Position numbers and translations under genes: made by a program
The notes under the pieces: model-generated
What the model was told of the DNA's origin: nothing
Database searches by the model: none
The model's input: the letters and a program-made list of their open reading frames with translations, nothing else
NCBI GenBank assembly: GCA_964561005.1
Contig: CAZLNO010000002.1
Span: forward strand, 12,073 to 76,072
DNA length: 64,000 nucleotides
Direction of reading: 5' to 3'
Source of the DNA: an uncultured Rhodovibrionaceae bacterium
GTDB taxonomy: Bacteria > Pseudomonadota > Alphaproteobacteria > Kiloniellales > Rhodovibrionaceae
Part shown: piece by piece, positions 57,553 through 64,000 of the stretch
Numbering within the stretch: position 1 is the stretch's first letter
Layout of the letters: each line of letters opens with the position of its first letter

Positions 57553-57580
57553 ATTATAGCAGAATCAGGACGCTATGCAA
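57553..57580 (-). promoter_or_regulatory. Near-consensus sigma70 promoter of the methyltransferase gene, implying a leaderless or near-leaderless mRNA
   Basis: On the minus strand: TTGCAT (57580-57575), a 16-nt spacer, TATAAT (57558-57553), then only 7 nt (TTTGAAC) before the ATG at 57545. There is no SD sequence. Confidence 0.45.
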
Positions 57581-57641
57581 GAGTCTTTAAGTGATTCCGG
57601 TGGCTGAAGAATCTCATATGGATCGCGATCGGCACTACCTT

Positions 57642-57726
57642 GCGGGGCGCGGGCTTGCCTGCGCCCCGAACGTTTTTTCACCGCCTGAGGCGAAAACGTT
57701 CCGGTCGGGAGCAAGCTCCCGACCGG
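57642..57726 (+). repeat. Double-hairpin intergenic repeat, copy 3
   Basis: GGGGCGCGGG-CTTG-CCTGCGCCCC (one G-T wobble) ... AACGTT CCGGTCGGGAGC-AA-GCTCCCGACCGG. It is the same unit as at 2213-2294. Confidence 0.75.
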
Positions 57727-57861
57727 CGATTGCGCGTTTCCTACTCAAATCGTTGCCGCCTAATGTTTGAGGCGCTCAGGCCGCCCGCGTTCCGCGAAGG
57801 CCGGCAACGCCCGCCACCGGGGACTTGGCCGGGGCGGCGGGGTGGGGCAGGATCGTGGGCC

Positions 57862-58869
57862 ATGCTGGAGGAGTCCGAAATCCGCACCTGCGAGATGCAC
57901 ACCGGCGGCGAGCCGCTGCGCATCGTCGAGTCGGGCTATCCCGACATTCCCGGCGCGACGATCCTGGACAAGCGCCGTCACGCCCGCGCGCACCTCGACC
58001 ACCTGCGCCGCCGCCTGATGTTCGAGCCGCGCGGGCATGCCGGCATGTACGGCGCCATTCCCGTGGCGCCGGACCATCCCGAGGCGGACCTGGCGGTGCT
58101 GTTCTGCCACACCGAGGGCTATTCGACGATGTGCGGCCACGGCGTCATAGCGCTGGGCCGCCATGCCGTCGACAAGGGTCTCGTCCCGGTCCGCGAGCCC
58201 GAGACCGAGGTGCGCATCCAGTGTCCCTGCGGCCTGGTGCGCGCCTGGGTCGAGGTGGCCGACGGCAAGCCCGGCCGCGTGCGCTTCCGCAGCGTGCCGG
58301 CCTTCGCCGCCGCGCCGGCGCGGACCGTGGCGAGCGAGACCTGGGGCCCGGTGACCCTCGACATCGGCTACGGCGGCGCCTTCTACGCCATCCTGCCGGC
58401 CGCCACGCTGGGCCTGGATCTGGACACGACACCGCTGCGCGCCGTCGTCGACGCCGGGGCGGAGATCGCCGCCGCCGTTGCGGCGCAGGTGCCGCTCGAC
58501 CATCCCGAGGACCCGGACCTGGCCTTCCTCTATGGCACCATCCTGACCGACGGCGGCGACGGCCGGGCGGCGCCCAGCCGCAACGTCACCGTCTTCGCCG
58601 GCCGCCAGGTCGACCGCAGCCCCTGCGGCAGCGGCGTCACCGCCCAGATGGCCGTCGCCCATCGCCGCAAGGACGTCGCGCCCGGCGAGCGCCGCCGCTT
58701 CGCCGGCCTCGCGGGCGCGGTCTTCGAGGCGGCCATCGCCGAGGACGCGCGCTGCGGCCCGTATCCGGCGGTGACCGTGGACGTGGCCGGCCGCGCCCAC
58801 TACACCGGCACCGCCATCTTCACGGCGGAAGCCGACGACCCCCTGGCCGACGGCTTCCTGCCCGGCTGA
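57862..58869 (+). CDS. Proline racemase family enzyme, Cys/Cys type (4-hydroxyproline 2-epimerase or proline racemase)
   Basis: Inside ORF 57640..58869; the 5' part of that ORF reads through the repeat. ATG at 57862. Catalytic motifs STMCGHG and DRSPCGSG both retain Cys. Confidence 0.85.
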   Translation: MLEESEIRTCEMHTGGEPLRIVESGYPDIPGATILDKRRHARAHLDHLRRRLMFEPRGHAGMYGAIPVAPDHPEADLAVLFCHTEGYSTMCGHGVIALGRHAVDKGLVPVREPETEVRIQCPCGLVRAWVEVADGKPGRVRFRSVPAFAAAPARTVASETWGPVTLDIGYGGAFYAILPAATLGLDLDTTPLRAVVDAGAEIAAAVAAQVPLDHPEDPDLAFLYGTILTDGGDGRAAPSRNVTVFAGRQVDRSPCGSGVTAQMAVAHRRKDVAPGERRRFAGLAGAVFEAAIAEDARCGPYPAVTVDVAGRAHYTGTAIFTAEADDPLADGFLPG

Positions 58870-59159
58870 GCGCCGCCCGTGAAGGTCGAGACACGTCGCC
58901 GGCCGACCGCGCATGTCGCGCGTCGACGATCTTGTTTTGTTCTGTGCGTTGTGTTAGGATTTCCCCTGCTCTTGGACATTGTGGGACAGCGTGCAGGATC
59001 TTGGCATCCGCGAAGGGCCCGCCTGTCTGCAAACGTCTGCATGCGTCAACATCACCCGGCGTGAAGCCCGGAAAACCGCGGTTCGCGATGTAGACACGGG
59101 CGCACGCCCGTGATGACGGAGGCGGGCCTGTGTCAGCCTGATGCAGACGCGCTGAGGCC

Positions 59160-59183
59160 CCCTCCCCCACTTGTGGGGGAGGG
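59160..59183. repeat. 10-bp-stem GC-rich hairpin (CCCTCCCCCA / TGGGGGAGGG) downstream of serA
   Basis: Read directly from the sequence. It resembles the common alphaproteobacterial REP type that yields GEGWGGG pseudo-peptides. Only a single copy occurs in this window. Confidence 0.5.
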
Positions 59184-59271
59184 ATGGGGTGGGGGCGTTC
59201 GCGCGAGAACGACCGGCGGCAAGCCCCGCGCCAACGCAAGCGGCTTCACGGGCGCCGCCCGCGCGGCAGCC

Positions 59272-60852
59272 TCAGAACCGCAGCGGCTTGGCCTGCTTGA
59301 TCAGCGGCAGGGCGCGCACCTGCTCCAGCACCTTGGCGGGGATCTCGCCGTCGATCTCGATCAGCGCGATGGCGTCGGAGCCCGGCGCGCTGCGGCCCAG
59401 GTGGAAGGTGGCGATGTTCACCCCGGCATCGCCCAGCGTCTTGCCCAGGTTGCCGATCAGGCCCGGCTTGTCCTCGTTGGTGATGTAGAGCATGTGCGGG
59501 CCCAGCTCGGCCTCGATCGGGATGCCCTTGATCTCCACCAGGCGCGGCTTGTCGCCGCCGAACAGCGTCCCGGCCACGCTGCGCGTCTGGCGCTCGGTCT
59601 CCACCGTCAGGCGGATCAACGTATGGTAGTCGTGCGGGCGCTCGTGCGAGGTTTCGGTCACCTCGATGTCGCGCTCGCGGGCGATCACCGGGGCGTTGAC
59701 CATGTTCACCATGTCCAGCATCGGCTTGAGCAGCGAGGCCAGCGCGATGTGGGTCAGCGGCCGGCAGTTCAGCTCCGCGACGTGGCCCTCGTACTCCAGG
59801 GTGATGCCCCTCAGCCCGCTCTCGGTGAGCTGGCCGGCGAAGGAGCCGAGCTGTTCGGCCAGCTTCATGTAGGGGCCCAGCTTCTCGCTTTCCTCGGCGG
59901 TCAGGGCCGGCATGTTGAGCGCGTTGGAGATGGCGCCGGTGGTCAGGTAGTCGGCCATCTGCTCGGCGATCTGCACGGCCACCTTCTCCTGCGCCTCGCT
60001 GGTGGAGGCGCCGAGGTGCGGGGTGCAGACGGTCTCCTCCAGCTCGAACAGCGGGTTGGCGCGGGCCGGCTCCTCGGCGAAGACGTCGATGGCGGCGCCG
60101 GCGATCTGGCCGTCCTCGATCGCCTTCTTCAGGTCCGCCTCGACCACCAGGCCGCCGCGCGCGCAGTTGATGAGGCGCGCGCCCGGCTTCATCTTCGCCA
60201 GCGCCTCGGCGTCGATCATGCCCTCGGTCTGCTCGGTCAGCGGCACGTGCAGCGTGATGAAGTCGGCGTGGACGTAGAGCTCGTCCAGGCTGTCCACCTT
60301 GCGCACGCCCAGATCGCGGGCGCGCTCGGGCGAGAGGTAGGGATCGTAGACCATCACCCGCATCTTCAGCCCGCGCGCCCGGTCGGCGACGATGGCGCCG
60401 ATATTGCCGCAGCCGACGACGCCCAGCACCTTGTTGGTGACCTCGACGCCGGTGAACTTCGACTTCTCCCACTTGCCGGCCTTGGTGGAGGCGTCCGCCG
60501 CCGGGATGCGCCGGGCCAGCGAGAGCATCATGGAGACGGCGTGCTCGGCGGTGGTGATGGCGTTGCCGCCGGGGGTGTTCATGACCACGACGCCGCGCTG
60601 GGTGGCCGCGTCCAGGTCGATGTTGTCGACGCCGACGCCGGCGCGGCCGACGACCTTCAGGCCCTCGGCGGCGGCCAGGACATCGGCGGTGACCTTGGTG
60701 GCGGAGCGCACCGCCAGGCCGTCGTATCCGGCCACTTTTTCCTTCAGTTCCTCGGGGGTCAGGCCGACCGCCACATCGGCCTCGACGCCGCGCTGGCGGA
60801 ACACCTCGGCCGCGCGGGGACTCAGCTTGTCGGCAATCAGAACCTTGGGCAT
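59272..60852 (-). CDS. serA: D-3-phosphoglycerate dehydrogenase (long form with ASB and ACT domains)
   Basis: 526 aa. NAD motif GVVGCGNIGAIVA, catalytic region TPHLGAST and a C-terminal ACT domain. Confidence 0.95.
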   Translation of the reverse strand: MPKVLIADKLSPRAAEVFRQRGVEADVAVGLTPEELKEKVAGYDGLAVRSATKVTADVLAAAEGLKVVGRAGVGVDNIDLDAATQRGVVVMNTPGGNAITTAEHAVSMMLSLARRIPAADASTKAGKWEKSKFTGVEVTNKVLGVVGCGNIGAIVADRARGLKMRVMVYDPYLSPERARDLGVRKVDSLDELYVHADFITLHVPLTEQTEGMIDAEALAKMKPGARLINCARGGLVVEADLKKAIEDGQIAGAAIDVFAEEPARANPLFELEETVCTPHLGASTSEAQEKVAVQIAEQMADYLTTGAISNALNMPALTAEESEKLGPYMKLAEQLGSFAGQLTESGLRGITLEYEGHVAELNCRPLTHIALASLLKPMLDMVNMVNAPVIARERDIEVTETSHERPHDYHTLIRLTVETERQTRSVAGTLFGGDKPRLVEIKGIPIEAELGPHMLYITNEDKPGLIGNLGKTLGDAGVNIATFHLGRSAPGSDAIALIEIDGEIPAKVLEQVRALPLIKQAKPLRF

Positions 60853-60919
60853 GGGCGTTTTCCTTCCTTCCAGGTCAGGCGCGGCACGCGGCGCGCGCGA
60901 CGATATCGACGGCGCGCGC

Positions 60920-62092
60920 TCAGGCCGCCGCGCGCTCGGCCTTCACCGAAGCGAAGGCCCAGTCGAGCCAGGGCAGCAAGGCCTCGATGTCGGCCCTCTC
61001 GACCGTGGCCCCGCCCCAGATGCGCAGGCCGGCCGGGGCGTCGCGGTAGCTTCCCAGGTCATAGCCGGCGCCCTGCTCCTCCAGCAGCTTCACGATCTCC
61101 TTGGCGGCGGCGGCGCGGCCCGCGTCGTCCAGGCCGGCGAACCAGGGGTCGACGATCTTCAGGCAGATCGAGGTGCAGGAACGCGTTTCGGAGTCGCTTG
61201 CGAGAAAGTCCACCCAGTCGCGTTGCGCCACCCATTCGGCGATGATGGCAAGGTTGGCCTCGGCCCGGCGCTTCAGCTCGGGCAGGCCGCCGATCGACTC
61301 GGCCCACTTGAGCGCGTCCAGATGGTCCTCGACACACAGCATCGACGGCGTGTTGATCGTCGCGCCCTGGAAGATGTCCTCGTTCAACATGCCGCCCTTG
61401 GTCAGGCGGAAGATCTTGGGCAGCGGCCAGGGCGGCGTATGGCTCTCCAGCCGCGCGACCGCGCGCGGGGAGAGCGCCAGCATGCCGTGCTGCGCCTCGC
61501 CGCCCAGCACCTTCTGCCAGGACCAGGTGGCGACGTCGATCTTCTCCCAGGGGATCTCCATGGCGAACACCGCCGAGGTCGCGTCGCAGAGCGTCAGGCC
61601 CTGGCGGTCGGGCTCGATCCAGTCGCCATGGGGGACGCGCACGCCCGAGGTGGTGCCGTTCCAGGTGAACACCACGTCGCGGTCGGTGTCGACCTCCGAG
61701 AGGTTCGGCAGCGCGCCGTAGTCGGCCTCGAAGGTGCGCACGTCGGCCAGCTTGAGCTGCTTGACGACGTCGGTCACCCAGCCCTTGCCGAAGCTCTCCC
61801 AGGCCAGCAGGTCGACCCCGCGCGCGCCCAGCAGCGACCACATCGCCATCTCGAAGGCGCCGGTGTCCGAGGCGGGCACGATGGCGAGTCGGTAGTCCTC
61901 GGGAATCCCCAGCAGTTCGCGGCTGCGCGTGATGACCTCGTTCAGCCGCCCCTTGCCTTCCCGCGCGCGGTGCGAGCGGCCGAGAAAGGCGCCTTCCAGA
62001 CCGGACAGGCGCCAGCCGGGGCGCTTGGCGCAGGGACCGGAGGAAAACCGCGGATCGGCCGGCTTTCGGGCCGGCGGCGTCGCATGGCTCAT
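60920..62092 (-). CDS. serC: Phosphoserine aminotransferase (alphaproteobacterial/archaeal-type)
   Basis: Inside ORF 60920..62209, ATG at 62092 after AAGGAG. N-terminus [17 protein letters not shown]. Adjacent to serA. Confidence 0.9.
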   Translation of the reverse strand: MSHATPPARKPADPRFSSGPCAKRPGWRLSGLEGAFLGRSHRAREGKGRLNEVITRSRELLGIPEDYRLAIVPASDTGAFEMAMWSLLGARGVDLLAWESFGKGWVTDVVKQLKLADVRTFEADYGALPNLSEVDTDRDVVFTWNGTTSGVRVPHGDWIEPDRQGLTLCDATSAVFAMEIPWEKIDVATWSWQKVLGGEAQHGMLALSPRAVARLESHTPPWPLPKIFRLTKGGMLNEDIFQGATINTPSMLCVEDHLDALKWAESIGGLPELKRRAEANLAIIAEWVAQRDWVDFLASDSETRSCTSICLKIVDPWFAGLDDAGRAAAAKEIVKLLEEQGAGYDLGSYRDAPAGLRIWGGATVERADIEALLPWLDWAFASVKAERAAA

Positions 62093-62318
62093 TGACTGCT
62101 CCTTTGAGAGGACGGACTCAAAGTGGAATGGATCGTAGTGGGCATGTTGCAGCGCGTCAACGCGCCTCGGGCGCGATGCTGCAATGCAGCGACAATCTCG
62201 ACGCAGCACAAGCCGCGGCGGTCATGCTAAGGTCGAAGGCGCTATCGACACGGTTCGAGGGAGACCTTACAAGGGCGCGTCTGTCGTACAGCCAGCGGAT
62301 GACACGGGTCGAAGCCGC

Positions 62319-64000
62319 ATGACCACCGATCAGATGCTCCTGTTCGCGATCCTCGTCGCGGCGCTGGTCCTCTTCGCCTGGGGCCGGTGGCGCTACGACG
62401 TGGTCGCGGTGGGAGCGCTGCTGGCGGCGGTCCTGCTGGACATCGTGCCGGTGGAGCGCGCCTTCGACGGCTTCGGCCATCCGGCCGTGATCACCGTGGC
62501 GGCGGTGCTGATCCTCTCGCGCAGCCTGCACAACTCCGGCCTGATCGAGTGGATCACCCGCGCCCTGCGGCCGGCGACGACACGGCCCACCTCGCACGTC
62601 ATGGCGCTGAGCAGCCTGACCGCCGCCTGCTCGGCCTTCATGAACAACGTCGGCGCCATGGCGCTGATCCTGCCGGTGGCGCTACAGTCCTCGCACGCCG
62701 CGCGGCGGCCGCCCAGCCAGATCCTGATGCCGCTCTCCTTCGCCTCGCTGCTGGGCGGCCTGATCACGCTGATCGGCACGCCGCCGAACATCATCGTCGC
62801 CAGCTATCGCGGCACCGCCGATAGCGAGAGCTTCGGCATGTTCGACTTCACGCCGGTCGGGCTGGCCGTCGCCGCGGCGGGCGTGCTCTTCGTGGCGCTG
62901 GTCGGCTGGCGGCTGCTGCCCACCGAGCGGCAGGGCGAGACCGAGGGCAGGTCCCTGTTCCAGCTCGAGGACTACATCACCGAGGTGCGCCTGCCGGAGG
63001 GCTCGTCCTACGTCGGCCGCCGGCTGGTGGAGCTGGAGACCCTGGCCCAGGGCGACGTGGCGGTGGTGGCGCTGGTGCGGCGCAAGGACCGCATGCTGGC
63101 GCCCTCGGGCTATCTGCGCCTGCAGGCCGGCGACATCCTGATCGTCGAGGCGGATACCTCGGCGCTGCAGCGCCTGGTCAAGCAGGCCGGCCTCGACATG
63201 GTGGGCGAGGCCGAGATGTCGGCCGAGAACCTGCGCAGCGAGCGCGTCGGCCTGGTCGAGGTGGTGGTCACCCCCGGCTCGCGCCTGGAGGGGCGCACGG
63301 CGCGCAGCCTGCGCCTGCACACGCGCTATGGCCTGAACCTCCTGGGCGTGGCGCGCCAGGGCCAGCCGATCACCGAGCGCCTGGGCCAGGTGCGCTTCGT
63401 CGCCGGCGACGTGCTGCTGCTGCAAGGCGAGCGCGACGCCATGCCGGACGCCTTCACCGCACTGGGCTGTTTGCCCCTGGCCGAGCGCGAGCTGCGGCTG
63501 GGCCGGCGCACGGCCAGCGCGACCGCGCCGCTGATCTTCGCCGGCGCCATCGCCCTGGTCGCGTTCGGCGTGCTGCCCGTGCACCTCGCGTTCATGCTGG
63601 CCGTGCTGCTGCAGGTGCTGCTGGGCGAGATCTCCCCGCGCGAGATCTACGACGCGGTGGAATGGCCGATCATCGTCCTGCTGGGCGCCATGCTGCCGGT
63701 GGGACAGGCGCTGGAGATGACCGGCGGCACCAACGTCATCTCGGACCCGATCCTGTCGCTGTCCAACTCCCTGCCGGCCTGGAGCATCCTGACCCTGCTC
63801 ATGGTCGTGACCATGCTGCTCTCCGACATCATGAACAACGCGGCCACGGCGGTGCTGATGGCGCCGATCGGGGTGTCGATCGCGGAGGGGCTGGGAGCCA
63901 GCATCGACCCCTTCCTGATGGGCGTCGCGATCGCCTGTTCCTCCACCTACCTCACGCCGATCGGCCACCAGTCGAATCTCCTGGTCATGGGCCCCGGCGG
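62319..64000 (+). CDS. SLC13/DASS-family permease with two central TrkA-C domains; 3' end outside window
   Basis: Absent from the ORF track because no stop falls in the window. My own translation from the ATG at 62319 gives MTTDQMLLFAILVAALVLFAWGRWRYDVVAV...FMNNVGAMALILPVA...GTPPNIIV, then two RCK_C-like segments (EVRLPEGSSYVGRRLVEL..., EVVVTPGSRLEGRTARSL...), then TM helices with IMNNAATAVLMAPI. Confidence 0.85.
   Translation, partial: MTTDQMLLFAILVAALVLFAWGRWRYDVVAVGALLAAVLLDIVPVERAFDGFGHPAVITVAAVLILSRSLHNSGLIEWITRALRPATTRPTSHVMALSSLTAACSAFMNNVGAMALILPVALQSSHAARRPPSQILMPLSFASLLGGLITLIGTPPNIIVASYRGTADSESFGMFDFTPVGLAVAAAGVLFVALVGWRLLPTERQGETEGRSLFQLEDYITEVRLPEGSSYVGRRLVELETLAQGDVAVVALVRRKDRMLAPSGYLRLQAGDILIVEADTSALQRLVKQAGLDMVGEAEMSAENLRSERVGLVEVVVTPGSRLEGRTARSLRLHTRYGLNLLGVARQGQPITERLGQVRFVAGDVLLLQGERDAMPDAFTALGCLPLAERELRLGRRTASATAPLIFAGAIALVAFGVLPVHLAFMLAVLLQVLLGEISPREIYDAVEWPIIVLLGAMLPVGQALEMTGGTNVISDPILSLSNSLPAWSILTLLMVVTMLLSDIMNNAATAVLMAPIGVSIAEGLGASIDPFLMGVAIACSSTYLTPIGHQSNLLVMGPG

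Larger units (their letters stand above)
56560..57630. other. Low-GC islet (about 1.07 kb) carrying two convergent accessory genes
   Basis: Hand counts of about ten 60-nt lines give 23-57% G+C, averaging near 40-45%, against roughly 65-72% in the flanks. Codons are A/T-ending. The islet is bounded by the rpmE terminator and repeat copy 3. Confidence 0.7.

Noticed and set aside
56560-57630. Interpreting the low-GC islet as a prophage remnant, IS element or complete restriction-modification system
   Set aside because: No integrase, transposase, terminal inverted repeats or phage structural genes are present. No ORF is large enough for, or shows motifs of, a restriction endonuclease. The flanking 7-nt match (AAGTGAT) is too short to call a target-site duplication, and part of the apparent similarity comes from the palindromic -35 hexamers.
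58879-59064. Short ORFs in the 58870-59271 spacer (58879..59064 +, 58800..59042 -, 58820..59239 -)
   Set aside because: They have no SD sequences, their composition is Arg/Pro/Cys-rich, and they overlap hairpin repeats. They are unlikely to be coding.

Overview
High-GC window (roughly 65-72% G+C by eye) whose gene content and synteny look alphaproteobacterial: ubiG/lysC/ptsP, prfA-prmC-DUF4167, two PAS_5-type proteins and tlyA. I support about 58 protein genes, nearly all core housekeeping. They include a 5-gene peptide-type ABC importer plus an M20 hydrolase, hemA(GluTR)-prfA-prmC, rodZ-ispG-hisS, ptsP, lysC, ubiG, comF-grxC-nitrilase, moaA, ggt, tgt-queA, an RND efflux pair, xseB-ispA, tlyA, sppA, an ABCB exporter, rpmE, serA-serC and a partial SLC13 transporter. 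I saw no rRNA, tRNA, CRISPR array, transposase or integrase. Many long ORFs in the six-frame track are antisense or out-of-frame artefacts of the high GC content, and many real genes start well inside their ORF. Start codons were re-picked from homology-like N-termini and SD sequences. The strongest accessory signal is a ~1.07 kb low-GC islet (about 56560-57630) just downstream of rpmE. It carries two convergent genes with interlocked stop codons: a standalone Mrr-N-like winged-helix protein and a 197-aa NPPY methyltransferase with no room for a target-recognition domain. Both have near-consensus sigma70 promoters, and no nuclease or integrase is present. Other signals are: an orphan 691-aa metzincin-like protein bracketed by repeats; a sense-oriented double-hairpin repeat family with compensatory substitutions; a 136-bp MITE-like nested palindrome; a ~150-bp tract of about 30% GC; and a SqrR/BigR-type ArsR + TusA + DUF302 module. 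A glutamyl-tRNA reductase also sits in an otherwise alpha-like context. All family assignments come from motif recognition by eye, not from searches.
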